A DNA stretch of 51,958 bases. It comes from Rickettsiales bacterium (GTDB taxonomy: Bacteria > Pseudomonadota > Alphaproteobacteria > Methylaequorales > Methylaequoraceae). The stretch covers positions 1-51,958 of the forward strand of contig NZFP01000038.1 in the NCBI GenBank assembly GCA_002689325.1. The letters are read 5' to 3'. The notes beneath the pieces were generated by a model. It was not told where the DNA came from. It searched no databases and saw only the letters and a program-made list of their open reading frames with translations. Positions within the stretch are counted from its first letter, which is position 1, and every line of letters starts with the position of its first letter. Below are positions 38,684-51,789 of this stretch, in pieces. The position numbers and the translations under genes are program-made.

Positions 38684-39523
38684 TTACTCCAAAATATTTT
38701 TAAAATCAAAAATCAAAACATTAACATAAATTGAGTCAGAAACTTTTGCAAAGGGCTTTACATAAACTTCATTTAATGTTTTGACAATTTTCCCAACTGA
38801 TATTCCTTTCTGAAAATAACCTGCAGCACTCGTCGTTAAAACTAGCTCACCATGTTCTAGTCCAAATGGTTTTTCTATGTGCTTCAAAAAAATTTTTTTT
38901 TCTCCACCTTTAATAAAAAATGATTTTTTAGTTTTTTTTGATATTACTGGAATAACTGAATCTTCATCCAAAATAGAAAGAACTTTAGAGGAATATTTTC
39001 CTAATTCAGTAACTCTTCCAATCATGCCATATTCATTAAAAACAACATCGTTAATTTTCAAACCATCTAATTTACCTACATCTATAAAAAAAGTTAAATC
39101 GTTACTTCTATATGGGTTGATTAGAATTCTAGATGTTATCTTTTTAGCATAATCTTTGTTATCTACATCAAGAAGTTTCTTAAGTCTAAAATTTTCAATT
39201 TCATAAGAATCACTAAGTCTTAATTTCTCTTTCAATATATTGTTTTCAAGATTAAGTTTCTTATTTAATTTTTCTAATTCAGTCAAATTACTTAGGTAAT
39301 AAAGAGAGTTATTTATAAATTCAAATGGAAATGAAATGATTTTAAGGCCAGGTTCACTAAAGGAAATTACATTATATTTAACACTTATGAAAAAGTTATT
39401 TTTTTGAATAGATGAAAAAAAAAAAAAAATACAAACTAAAAAACAAAAAAACATCTCTAAGCCATAGGAATTAATTAGACTTGAGTTAAAACTTCTTGAT
39501 GAAAAGGTGGCCTTTCGCGCCAT
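38684..39523 (-). CDS. mreC: Rod shape-determining protein MreC
   Basis: Membrane helix, coiled coil with EN.RLK.LL, then G..DG and G.IGRV; follows mreB. Confidence 0.9.
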   Translation of the reverse strand: MARKATFSSRSFNSSLINSYGLEMFFCFLVCIFFFFSSIQKNNFFISVKYNVISFSEPGLKIISFPFEFINNSLYYLSNLTELEKLNKKLNLENNILKEKLRLSDSYEIENFRLKKLLDVDNKDYAKKITSRILINPYRSNDLTFFIDVGKLDGLKINDVVFNEYGMIGRVTELGKYSSKVLSILDEDSVIPVISKKTKKSFFIKGGEKKIFLKHIEKPFGLEHGELVLTTSAAGYFQKGISVGKIVKTLNEVYVKPFAKVSDSIYVNVLIFDFKNILE

Positions 39524-39524
39524 T

Positions 39525-40571
<1,047 letters not shown>

Positions 40572-40611
40572 CTATTACAAAATATTACATTTATTAAAAA
40601 AATCAATTTAA

Positions 40612-42186
40612 TTATATAACATGTTTGTCGATGGTGCTATTTGAAGAACTTAAAATCTTTTTTGAGTCTTTTGCTTTACTTTTCTTGTTAATTAATTTAT
40701 TGAGTCCGTTAATATAGGCTTTACCTGAGGCCACAATAGTGTCTATATCATTTCCTGTTCCAAGAACACTGACACCATCCTCTTCCAACCTAACACTTAC
40801 TTCCGCTTGAGCATCTGTGCCCTTAGTAATTGCATTAACCTGATAAACAGCCAAATGAGCTTTAGTTGTAATCAAACTTTTAATTGCTTTGAATACAGCA
40901 TCTACCGGTCCAGTACCTTCTAACTCTATTTCAAGCGTCTTATTTAAATATTTTAGCTTTACACGCGCTAAAGATCTTTGATTAGAGCCACATTTAATAG
41001 ATATATCTAAAAGATCGATGTGTTTGAGCTTTGATATAGATTGTTGCTCATCAGCTAAGGCAAGTAAGTCCTCCTCAAAAACCTGCTTTTTTTTATCTGC
41101 AAGTTCTTTAAATTTTTTAAATAATAAATTTATTTTATTTTCGCTAAATTCATATCCCAATTCATTTAGTTTTACCTTGAAGGCGTGCCTTCCAGAATGT
41201 TTTCCTAAAACAAGTTCAGATGATGACAATCCTACGGATTCTGGAGTCATAATTTCATAAGTATTTGAATGTTTCAACATACCGTCTTGATGTATTCCTG
41301 ACTCATGTGCAAAGGCATTTTTGCCAACTATTGCTTTATTCGGTTGAACAGAAAAACCAGTTATAGTAGAGACTAGATGAGAAATATTTGTTATTTTTTT
41401 TGTGTCAACATCAGAATAATAAGGAAGACTATCTTTTCTTGTTTTTAAACACATTACAATTTCCTCGAGTGCGGCATTGCCTGCTCTTTCTCCGATACCG
41501 TTTATAGTACACTCAACTTGCCTTGCTCCACCAATAATCGCACTAAGTGAGTTTGAAACCGCAAGACCTAAATCATTATGACAGTGAACAGAAATTATTG
41601 CTTTATCGATATTAGTTACATTATTTTTAATTTTTTTAATTAGTTCTCCAAATTCACTTGGAATTGCATAACCAACAGTATCGGGAATATTTATAGTAGT
41701 AGCGCCAGTTGAAATAGCAACTTCAATTGATTTATACAAAAAGTCAAGATCAGTTCTGGATGCATCTTCAGGTGACCATTCAATATCACTAGTATATTTA
41801 GCGGCTCTTTTGATACTCTTTTTAATTGCATTTATTACCTCGTCTCTGTCCATTTTCAATTTATATTTCATATGTAAATCACTAGTAGATATAAATGTAT
41901 GTATTCTATTTTTTTTAGCTTGCTTTAAGGCTTTACCAGCTGAATCAATATCATTATTATTCGCCCTGGCTAAAGCGCAAACAGTAGAATGTTTACATAT
42001 TTTAGAAATTTTACTGACTGCCTCAAAGTCACCTTCAGAAGCATAGGGAAAACCTGCTTCAATAACATCAACTTTCATTAAATCTAAATTTTTAGCAATT
42101 AATAATTTATCCTCCACAGACATTGATGCTCCTGCAGATTGTTCTCCGTCTCTGAGGGTGGTATCGAAAACTATTATTTTTTCCAT
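40612..42186 (-). CDS. leuA: 2-isopropylmalate synthase
   Basis: DTTLRDGEQ, HCHNDLG, GERAGN and HESGIHQDG. Confidence 0.98.
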   Translation of the reverse strand: MEKIIVFDTTLRDGEQSAGASMSVEDKLLIAKNLDLMKVDVIEAGFPYASEGDFEAVSKISKICKHSTVCALARANNNDIDSAGKALKQAKKNRIHTFISTSDLHMKYKLKMDRDEVINAIKKSIKRAAKYTSDIEWSPEDASRTDLDFLYKSIEVAISTGATTINIPDTVGYAIPSEFGELIKKIKNNVTNIDKAIISVHCHNDLGLAVSNSLSAIIGGARQVECTINGIGERAGNAALEEIVMCLKTRKDSLPYYSDVDTKKITNISHLVSTITGFSVQPNKAIVGKNAFAHESGIHQDGMLKHSNTYEIMTPESVGLSSSELVLGKHSGRHAFKVKLNELGYEFSENKINLLFKKFKELADKKKQVFEEDLLALADEQQSISKLKHIDLLDISIKCGSNQRSLARVKLKYLNKTLEIELEGTGPVDAVFKAIKSLITTKAHLAVYQVNAITKGTDAQAEVSVRLEEDGVSVLGTGNDIDTIVASGKAYINGLNKLINKKSKAKDSKKILSSSNSTIDKHVI

Positions 42187-42198
42187 AAATTAATGATA

Positions 42199-43744
<1,546 letters not shown>

Positions 43745-45502
43745 TTAAACCAAAACCATTCCGTCTTCAGATATCTCACCATCAACTTTATCATCAGGTC
43801 CTAATAACATCTGGTTATGTGTGGAGCCTGAGGGAATCATTGGAAAGCAATTTTCGCCTGGGTCGACTATTATGTCACAAATTACCGAACCATTAATTTT
43901 AATCATTTCTTTAATCAAATCGTCAATTTCGCTTGGTTTATCAGTTCTCAACCCAGTTGCTCCAAATGACTCAGCTAGTTTTACAAAATCAGGTAAAGAA
44001 TCCATATAAGATTCAGATAATCTATTTCCATGCAAGAGTTCTTGCCATTGCCTCACCATTCCCATGTAATGATTATTTAAAATAAAAACCTTTACCGGCA
44101 ATTTGAACTGTTTAATTGTTGACATTTCTTGAATATTCATGAGGATGGAAGCTTCTCCTGCAACATCAATTACCAATGATTTTGGATGGGCTATTTGTAC
44201 TCCCATTGCAGCCGGAAGACCGTAACCCATAGTTCCTAAACCTCCAGATGTCATCCAATGCTTTGGTTTGTTAAAAGTCAGAAATTGTGCTGCCCACATT
44301 TGATGCTGTCCTACTTCTGTGGTGATGTATGGGTTATATTTTTTTGTAAGATGATCTAACCTTTTAAGTGCATGTTGAGGTTTAATAATTTTATCTGAAT
44401 TTTTAAACTTTAAACAATCTTTAGACCTCCATTTATTTATCTGTAACCACCAATTTTTAATTTTTTTTTCTTTAAAAATTATTTTTTTCTCTTCAATTTT
44501 TTTATTTATAATTTGTAAAATTTTTGATAGATCACCTTGAACAGTTAAATCAACATTTACACTTTTGTTAAAAGAAGATGCATCAATATCAAAGTGAACC
44601 TTTTTTGATTTAGGTGAAAAGCCTGAAACTTTACCCGTAATCCTATCATCGAACCTTGCTCCAACACATATCATCAGGTCACAATTATACATAGTCATAT
44701 TAGCCTCATAAGTCCCATGCATTCCTAACATCCCAACACATTGATTATCAGATGTGGGGTAAGCACCAAGACCCATTAATGTTTGAGTACACGGAAAGCC
44801 GGTTGTTTTTATTAATTTAAAAAGGTTTCTTGACGCTACTTCGCCTGAGTTAATAACTCCTCCTCCAACATAAAAAATTGGCTTTTCTGACTTTTTCAAC
44901 AATTCTATAAACTGTTCAATTTGGTTTATATTGGGCTGTAAATTTGGTTTATAGTAAGAAATTATCTTTGTGTTCTTTTTGCCTCCATAAGTTGCTTTAA
45001 AAGTTTGAATATCTTTTGGAATATCAACTAAAACAGGTCCTGGCCTCCCGTTTTTAGCTATAAAAAAAGCCGAATGTATTACATTAGGTAAAATAGAAAC
45101 ATCTTTTACAAGGTAATTATGCTTTGTACAAGGCCTAGTAATACCAACAATATCTGCTTCTTGAAAAGCATCGTTTCCTATCATATGAGTTGGAACTTGT
45201 CCAGAAATACAAACTAAAGGAACTGAATCCATCATCGCATCTGCCAACCCAGTTACTGTGTTAGTTGCACCTGGCCCAGAAGTAACTAATACAACTCCAA
45301 CTTTTCCGGTTGAGCGTGCATAACCCTCTGCTGCATGAACTGCAGCTTGTTCATGTCTTACAAGAATATGTCTAATTTTTTTTTGTTTGAATAATTCATC
45401 ATATATTGGAAGTACAGCACCACCCGGATAACCAAAAATAACATCAACTTTTTCTTCAATTAATGTTTGGATAACAATTTCTGCTCCTGTTATTTTTTTC
45501 AT
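43745..45502 (-). CDS. ilvI: Acetolactate synthase large subunit
   Basis: FGYPGGA, RHEQ, TSGPGATN and SGGLGTMGYG. Start ATG 45502 (MKKITGAE). Confidence 0.96.
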   Translation of the reverse strand: MKKITGAEIVIQTLIEEKVDVIFGYPGGAVLPIYDELFKQKKIRHILVRHEQAAVHAAEGYARSTGKVGVVLVTSGPGATNTVTGLADAMMDSVPLVCISGQVPTHMIGNDAFQEADIVGITRPCTKHNYLVKDVSILPNVIHSAFFIAKNGRPGPVLVDIPKDIQTFKATYGGKKNTKIISYYKPNLQPNINQIEQFIELLKKSEKPIFYVGGGVINSGEVASRNLFKLIKTTGFPCTQTLMGLGAYPTSDNQCVGMLGMHGTYEANMTMYNCDLMICVGARFDDRITGKVSGFSPKSKKVHFDIDASSFNKSVNVDLTVQGDLSKILQIINKKIEEKKIIFKEKKIKNWWLQINKWRSKDCLKFKNSDKIIKPQHALKRLDHLTKKYNPYITTEVGQHQMWAAQFLTFNKPKHWMTSGGLGTMGYGLPAAMGVQIAHPKSLVIDVAGEASILMNIQEMSTIKQFKLPVKVFILNNHYMGMVRQWQELLHGNRLSESYMDSLPDFVKLAESFGATGLRTDKPSEIDDLIKEMIKINGSVICDIIVDPGENCFPMIPSGSTHNQMLLGPDDKVDGEISEDGMVLV

Positions 45503-45549
45503 AATTATTAAAGTAAACCAAAAAAAATAATTACTCAACTAGGCATAAA

Positions 45550-46452
45550 TTAAAGTTTCAATTCTCTAAGAACGTAATCTTTAATTTTTAAACCCTCTAA
45601 ATGGACAGCCTTCTTGGCTTTGTTATTAAACCAGGTTAATTGCCTTTTAGCATATCTTCTTGTTTCTTGCATGAATTCCGTCATCGTTTCTTCTAATGAA
45701 TTTATTCCCTTTATATGTCTTGTTAATTGACGCAACCCTATAGATTTGTGAATGGGATGCTCTAATTTTTGTTTTACTTCTAAAAAGGATTTTACTTCCT
45801 CTAAAACTCCAAGATTTATCATTGCATCACATCTCTGGTTTATTCTTGAATAAAGTTTTTCCCTTTCTGTTTTAACTACAACATATATAACTTTTTTAAA
45901 AATCCGATTTTTTTCCATCTTATGCCACTCTGATAGACTGGTTTTTGTTGACAGATTAACTTCTAAGGCCCTTATTATTCTTTGTGTATCATTAGGTGAA
46001 AGTTTTTTTGAATATTCTTCATCAATTTTTTTTAATTCTTTAGACAAATAATTAATTCCAAATTTCTTAAACATATAGTCCACTCTTCTTTTAGCCGCAG
46101 TAGATACTTTTGGTATCTTGGAAATATTATTAATAATAGAATCCATGTAAAGACCTGTTCCTCCAACGAAAATTGGAATTTTGTTTTTTTTTTTTCTCAC
46201 TGTAGATAAAGCTTTTTTTTGCCAACTGCCAACATTACACATATCTGGATATTTTGTGTAACTAAACAAATTACAATCATATTTTTCTCTTAATTTCTTG
46301 ATCGGTCTGTTAGTCAATATTTCAAGCTGATCATAAACCTGCATGCTGTCACTATTTACAATAAAACTAGGGAAATGGGACTGAAGGTTAAAAGCTATCT
46401 CTGTTTTGTGAGAAGCAGTTGGACCACCAATAAAAATAGCGACAGGAAACAA
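45550..46452 (-). CDS. miaA: tRNA dimethylallyltransferase
   Basis: GPTASHKT, DSMQVY, VGGTGLY and TRRYAKRQLTWF. Confidence 0.95.
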   Translation of the reverse strand: MFPVAIFIGGPTASHKTEIAFNLQSHFPSFIVNSDSMQVYDQLEILTNRPIKKLREKYDCNLFSYTKYPDMCNVGSWQKKALSTVRKKKNKIPIFVGGTGLYMDSIINNISKIPKVSTAAKRRVDYMFKKFGINYLSKELKKIDEEYSKKLSPNDTQRIIRALEVNLSTKTSLSEWHKMEKNRIFKKVIYVVVKTEREKLYSRINQRCDAMINLGVLEEVKSFLEVKQKLEHPIHKSIGLRQLTRHIKGINSLEETMTEFMQETRRYAKRQLTWFNNKAKKAVHLEGLKIKDYVLRELKL

Positions 46453-46455
46453 AAG

Positions 46456-47928
46456 TTACTTTAATTTAAGAATTAAAAATCTAGAAAAATTATTTTCAAA
46501 AATTTGAATAAGAGCTGCATCGGCCCCTTTTTTTTTCATATTTTCTAATAATTTTTTAACTTCAGACGGTTTTTTGACATTTACTTGAGATATTTGAGAG
46601 ATAACGGTACCAACGTTCAATCCTGCCTTAGCGGCAAAAGAATCTCTTTTTACAGCAGTAACAACAACACCATCTACATTTTTAGGAATGCCATATTCAG
46701 TTCTTGTTTTAGAGTTTAGACCTTTCATCCTGATTCCAATATCATCCATTTCTAATTCATTGTCCTCAACCTCTTCATCTTTTTTCTCATCACTCTTAGC
46801 AGTTTCATCGAACTTTTCACGTTCACCTAGTTTTACTGTAAACTTTTTAACTTTTTTATTTCTCCAGACCTTAACTTCAGCTTTACTTTCTACAGCTGCT
46901 TCAGCAACAGAAACTTGCAAGGATTTTACGTCTTTGATTTTTTTGCCATTAAACTCTAAAATAACATCACCAGCTTTAAGCCCTCCTTTTTCTGCAGGTT
47001 CACCAGGGTTAACCATTGAAATCAAAACACCTTCTTCATTCTTTAAACCTAAGCTTTTTGCAATATCAAGCGTTATTTCTTGTATTCTTACACCAAGCCA
47101 CCCTCTTTGAGTTTTACCAAATTTTTTTAACTGTTGAATAATTGGTTGCGCAAGGTTTGACGGGATTGAAAAACCTATACCAACGCTACCGCCAGTTGGA
47201 GAAAAAATTGCGGTATTAATTCCTAAAACTTCTCCATCTAAATTAAAAAGCGGGCCACCAGAATTACCTCTATTAATTGAAGCGTCTGTTTGAATGAAAC
47301 TGTCAAAAGGACCAGCATTAATATCCCTGTTGAAAGCTGATATAATTCCAGATGTAACCGTACCGCCTAAACCAAAAGGATTACCAATAGCGATTACAGA
47401 ATGACCAACTCTTGCTTTATCAGAATCTGCGAATTTAACAAAAGCCAAAGGTTTTTTTGATTCTACTTTTAATAATGCAAGATCAGTCAGTTTATCTGTA
47501 CCAATTAATTTAGCCTCTAATTCTGAATCATCCTGAAATTTAACTCTTATCTCATTAGCTTGTTCGATAACATGGTTGTTTGTTACTATATATCCAGAGG
47601 AGTCAATTACAAAGCCTGAACCCAGAGCTTGGGGTCTTTCTTGTTGTGGTTGTTGCTGCGGACCTGGTTGAGGTCCAAATGGAAAACCTGGTGGGAAGTT
47701 TTTAAAAAAGTCTCTAAATTGAGGTGGAATATTATCTAAAGGCATTTGATTTTCGTTATTTTTTTTTGGTTTTTGAACTGTGAAAACATTTACTACAGAA
47801 GGAGAAAGCTTATCTACCAAATTGGCAAAATCATCTGAAAGGGGGTGAGTATAAGGGTTTTCAAATGAGAAAAAGTAAATTGGAACAAAAAATATAAAAA
47901 ATATGAATTTTTTTAAATATTTTTTCAT
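46456..47928 (-). CDS. degP: Do/DegP family serine protease with two PDZ domains
   Basis: GSGFVI, TNNHV and QTDASINRGNSGGP. Confidence 0.94.
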   Translation of the reverse strand: MKKYLKKFIFFIFFVPIYFFSFENPYTHPLSDDFANLVDKLSPSVVNVFTVQKPKKNNENQMPLDNIPPQFRDFFKNFPPGFPFGPQPGPQQQPQQERPQALGSGFVIDSSGYIVTNNHVIEQANEIRVKFQDDSELEAKLIGTDKLTDLALLKVESKKPLAFVKFADSDKARVGHSVIAIGNPFGLGGTVTSGIISAFNRDINAGPFDSFIQTDASINRGNSGGPLFNLDGEVLGINTAIFSPTGGSVGIGFSIPSNLAQPIIQQLKKFGKTQRGWLGVRIQEITLDIAKSLGLKNEEGVLISMVNPGEPAEKGGLKAGDVILEFNGKKIKDVKSLQVSVAEAAVESKAEVKVWRNKKVKKFTVKLGEREKFDETAKSDEKKDEEVEDNELEMDDIGIRMKGLNSKTRTEYGIPKNVDGVVVTAVKRDSFAAKAGLNVGTVISQISQVNVKKPSEVKKLLENMKKKGADAALIQIFENNFSRFLILKLK

Positions 47929-47935
47929 TGATTTC

Positions 47936-48802
47936 TTAGTTTAAACCTTTGGAGTTGTTAAAAAATTCTAGAAATTCGCTGTCAGGAGACAAAATCATGG
48001 TAGTTCCTTCCTCACCCAAGACATTTCCATAAGCTTGCATTGATCTATAAAATGAATAGAAATCTGGATCTTTTTGAAATGCATTTGCATAAACATCAAC
48101 AGCTTCAGATTCACCTTCTCCTCTCAGAATTTCACCTTTTTTTGTTGCTTCAGCTAGAATAACTGTTCTTTCTTTGTCAGCCTCTGCTCTTATTTTTTGC
48201 GCTGTTTCGGCGCCCTTTGCTCTAAATTCCTTTGCTTCCCTGACTCTTTCACTAATCATTCTTTCATAGATTGCTTGGCTATTCGCTTCAGGCAAGTCAG
48301 CCCTTCTAATTCTAACATCAACTATTTCTATTCCAAATCTCGAAGCTTCATTATTTACTTCAAGCTTGATGTCTTCCATAATTTTACTTCTTTCCTCTGA
48401 TAAAAGTTCATCTAGTGTAACTCTACCAACGACTCTTCTTAATGATGAAATCACATTTGAATTTAACCTGTTTCTTACATTTGATTCAGTACCAACAGTT
48501 TTATAAAACTCTAATGGATCAGTTATTTTGAACCTAGTGAAAGAATCTAATAACATTCTTTTCTTATCAACGGCGATTACCTCTTCTATAGGAAGGTCAT
48601 ACTCTAAGATTCTTTTGTCATATTTAACTGTATTTTGAATAATTGGTAGCTTTACGTGTAGCCCAGAATCTTTAATTACTCTTTTAGGCTCTCCAAACTG
48701 GAGAACAAGACCTTGCTGTTTTTCACTCATTGTAAAAAGCGAATTAATTCCTAAAAAACCTAAGGCTACAATAATAACAATGAAAATAGTTGATTTACTC
48801 AT
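47936..48802 (-). CDS. hflC: FtsH modulator HflC
   Basis: SPFH domain; RM.SER.REA and FY.FYRS..AY. Confidence 0.96.
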   Translation of the reverse strand: MSKSTIFIVIIVALGFLGINSLFTMSEKQQGLVLQFGEPKRVIKDSGLHVKLPIIQNTVKYDKRILEYDLPIEEVIAVDKKRMLLDSFTRFKITDPLEFYKTVGTESNVRNRLNSNVISSLRRVVGRVTLDELLSEERSKIMEDIKLEVNNEASRFGIEIVDVRIRRADLPEANSQAIYERMISERVREAKEFRAKGAETAQKIRAEADKERTVILAEATKKGEILRGEGESEAVDVYANAFQKDPDFYSFYRSMQAYGNVLGEEGTTMILSPDSEFLEFFNNSKGLN

Positions 48803-49910
48803 TTAATTTTTCCTGATTAGTGTTTCTATCTTTTTTTTTTAACTCCGGTAGTGGAAGATAAGGAACAATTCCACTGCCCGCGTTTTTATCAACAATTATC
48901 TTATCAATTTTTCCAAGAGTTTTTTCTAAAGTTTCTAAATAAATTCTTTCCCTGGTAACGTCTTTAGAATTTTTATAGGAATCATAAACGGATATAAACC
49001 TTTGTGCTTCACCTTGTGCTTTTGCTACTACCTCTTGTTTGTAAGCCTCTGCCTCTTGAACTTTTCTTTCGGCATCACCACGAGCTTTTGGGATTATATC
49101 ATTTCTGTAGGCTTCCGCCTCATTTCTCAATCTCTGTTCATCTGTTTTTGCTCTTTGAACATCTCTGTATGATTCAATAACCAATTCAGGGGGATCTGCT
49201 TTTTGAAGTTGTACTTGTGTTACAAGAATACCAGAGTTGTAATAATCCAATACACTTTGAACTTTATTTTTAACTTCCTCTTCAACTATAGACTTTCCTT
49301 CTGAGAGAATGGGGCCAATAGGAGTTTGACCTATTTTTTCCCTCATCACACTTTCTCCAATACTTTTAATGGTTGCTATTGGGTTTCTAACATTAAATAG
49401 AAAGTCTTTTGCATCATTAATAATCCAAAAAACTGTGAAATTTAAATCTACAATATTTTCATCACCTGTTAGCATTAAAGCTTCTTCCGGGACCTGTCGT
49501 GTTTGCTGATTTTGGCTAAATTGAGACTGAGAAGTTCTGAAACCAACCTCTATTCTATTCACACGTGTCACTTTTGGCTTATTCGCCGATTCAATTGGAA
49601 AAGGCAGGTGGTAGTGAAGCCCTGGCTCTGTTGTCCTGACATACTCACCGAATCTTGTTACTACTCCCTGTTCATCTGTACCTACTCGGTAAAAACCACT
49701 TAGAGTCCAAATTGAAACTAAGATTAGTAATATTAATGAAAAACTTGCGGGATTTTTTTTAGGGAAAAAATTCTTTAATCTATCCTGAAAATTATCAAAA
49801 AAATCGTCACTATTGTTTTTCCTTCCAGAACCATTGTAAGATGATTTAGAATTATCTTTTGAGTTTTTGCCCCATGGGCTATCATCATCGTTATTTGAAG
49901 ACCAAGACAT
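48795..49910 (-). CDS. hflK: FtsH modulator HflK
   Basis: MSW...PWG N-terminus and MLTGDENIV. Start ATG 49910. Confidence 0.96.
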   Translation of the reverse strand: MSWSSNNDDDSPWGKNSKDNSKSSYNGSGRKNNSDDFFDNFQDRLKNFFPKKNPASFSLILLILVSIWTLSGFYRVGTDEQGVVTRFGEYVRTTEPGLHYHLPFPIESANKPKVTRVNRIEVGFRTSQSQFSQNQQTRQVPEEALMLTGDENIVDLNFTVFWIINDAKDFLFNVRNPIATIKSIGESVMREKIGQTPIGPILSEGKSIVEEEVKNKVQSVLDYYNSGILVTQVQLQKADPPELVIESYRDVQRAKTDEQRLRNEAEAYRNDIIPKARGDAERKVQEAEAYKQEVVAKAQGEAQRFISVYDSYKNSKDVTRERIYLETLEKTLGKIDKIIVDKNAGSGIVPYLPLPELKKKDRNTNQEKLNE

Positions 49911-50011
49911 AATTTTAATAGTTAAAAGTACTATTTTTATATAAGAATTGTTTTGACTATGCAAAGAAATATTTTAGATATTAATATAAACTTATTAAAT
50001 TGAATGTACTC

Positions 50012-50785
50012 ATGATTAAAAATATTGTTGTTATTGGATCTGGTAAAGGTGGCGTTGGAAAATCAACAATTACAGTAAATTTAGCAATTTCTTTGGCCAA
50101 AAAAAAATTCAATGTAGGTTTACTTGATGCTGATATCTATGGACCATCAATACCCAGAATGCTTGGAATTAAAGAAAAACCAGAAGTCTCGAAAAAAAAA
50201 AAAATTATGCCATATTTTAAATATGGGATAAAGGCCATATCAATTGGTAACATGATACCCGATAATGGAGCTGTAATTTGGCGTGGAGCAATGGCAACCA
50301 GTGCAATTAAACAACTTTATAATGATGTGGACTGGGGAGACCTCGATTACCTCCTAATTGATCTCCCTCCTGGTACTGGTGATATTCAACTTTCCTTATG
50401 CCAAAGCATGTCATTAAAGGGTGCCGTAATAGTTTCTACACCTCAAGAGATTTCTTTAATTGATGTAAGAAAATCAATCAACATGTTTAAAAGAGTAAAT
50501 GTTCCAATTCTCGGCATTGTCCAAAATATGAGTTATTTTGAAATTGGAGGTCAAAAAAATTATATTTTTGGAAAAAATGGAGTTACCTTAGAAGCAAAGG
50601 AACAAAATTTAGAATTGCTTGGGGATATACCGATTTTACCAAAAATTGCAGAATCAGGAGACATTGGAAAACCTCCAACCGACGATGATACAAGCGAAAT
50701 ATTTATGATTTATAATGAAATAGCTAAAAAAACAGTTAATGCATTAAATAAGGTAAAAATTAAAGACGTCGATATTTCATCTTAA
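50012..50785 (+). CDS. mrp: Mrp/ApbC/NBP35 P-loop ATPase lacking the CxxC motif
   Basis: SGKGGVGKST, DADIYGPS, WRG and DLPPGTGD; NMSYF is not followed by cysteines. Confidence 0.92.
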   Translation: MIKNIVVIGSGKGGVGKSTITVNLAISLAKKKFNVGLLDADIYGPSIPRMLGIKEKPEVSKKKKIMPYFKYGIKAISIGNMIPDNGAVIWRGAMATSAIKQLYNDVDWGDLDYLLIDLPPGTGDIQLSLCQSMSLKGAVIVSTPQEISLIDVRKSINMFKRVNVPILGIVQNMSYFEIGGQKNYIFGKNGVTLEAKEQNLELLGDIPILPKIAESGDIGKPPTDDDTSEIFMIYNEIAKKTVNALNKVKIKDVDISS

Positions 50786-50790
50786 AAGGT

Positions 50791-51720
50791 CTATAAGTCA
50801 AAAACTTCCTTTAAAGTTTGTAATTCTCTTCTACTAAGTTTTGAGTCAGATACTTTTTTTCTATTAAGTTTTTGTTTAATATACTCTATAGCATCAGCGG
50901 AGAGTGTTAGTGAACTTAATCTGTTTTTTACAAAGGCCTCATAAGTTAGGGGCACCCATTTTTTTAAAATTTTAATCATAACATCAGCATATACTCTTAT
51001 TTCATACTGAGCATGAGGATCAAATCTAAGTGCTAAAAAATGCATTAAATTATGCAGATCTATTTTCCAATACCATTGTGTATAGGAATTTAATGGGAGA
51101 ACCATCCTTGCTAATTCTCTGGCAATTCCTGACCTTTTTTCATCTAAAATTTCTCCCTCTTCATCTAAATTTAATAAATGGTGATATGATGAAAAGTTAA
51201 TTTTTGCATTTTCTCTCATCAACGATAGGTAGTGTTTTCCTAGATTCTTATCAATCTCTCCAGATCTACCCTGATTATTTTGCTGTGATTGAGGTTTTAC
51301 ATCATCAATTTTGGGGATGTAAAACTCCTCATCAAGAATTGAATAACGAGCTGAATATTCATTTACATTTGCTGTTCTGTGTCTAATCCATTGTCTGGCT
51401 ACAAATATAGGAAGTTTAATATGAAATTTTATCTCATTCATTTCAAAAGGAGTTGAATGTTTATGACTTAAAAGATAATTAATTAAACTCTTGTCTTGGT
51501 TTAATTTTTTAGTTCCTTTTCCATAAGAAACCCTTGCAGCTTGAACAATTGAAGAATCATCTCCCATGTAATCAATTACTCTTATAAAACCATGATCCAA
51601 AACTTTGTAGGGTTTGTAGAGAATTTTTTCTAATTTAGCAACTGTTGCTCTTTTGGTAGAAAACTTTAAATTACTAATTTCTTCCAGTTGCTTAATTGAT
51701 TGTTTAGTATTTTTTTTCAT
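50791..51720 (-). CDS. thyX: FAD-dependent thymidylate synthase
   Basis: [25 protein letters not shown] and HAQYEIR. Confidence 0.97.
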   Translation of the reverse strand: MKKNTKQSIKQLEEISNLKFSTKRATVAKLEKILYKPYKVLDHGFIRVIDYMGDDSSIVQAARVSYGKGTKKLNQDKSLINYLLSHKHSTPFEMNEIKFHIKLPIFVARQWIRHRTANVNEYSARYSILDEEFYIPKIDDVKPQSQQNNQGRSGEIDKNLGKHYLSLMRENAKINFSSYHHLLNLDEEGEILDEKRSGIARELARMVLPLNSYTQWYWKIDLHNLMHFLALRFDPHAQYEIRVYADVMIKILKKWVPLTYEAFVKNRLSSLTLSADAIEYIKQKLNRKKVSDSKLSRRELQTLKEVFDL

Positions 51721-51789
51721 CAAGTTTATAAATTATAGACAATGTAAAAAAAATTATACGTTTAATTTTTTTTTTTTTTATTTATTATT

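Noticed and set aside
39410-39430. Long poly-A run in mreC
   Set aside because: The frame is intact; it encodes poly-Phe in the membrane helix.
47630-47740. Pro/Gln-rich low-complexity stretch in degP
   Set aside because: This is the normal variable loop before the protease domain, not a repeat element.
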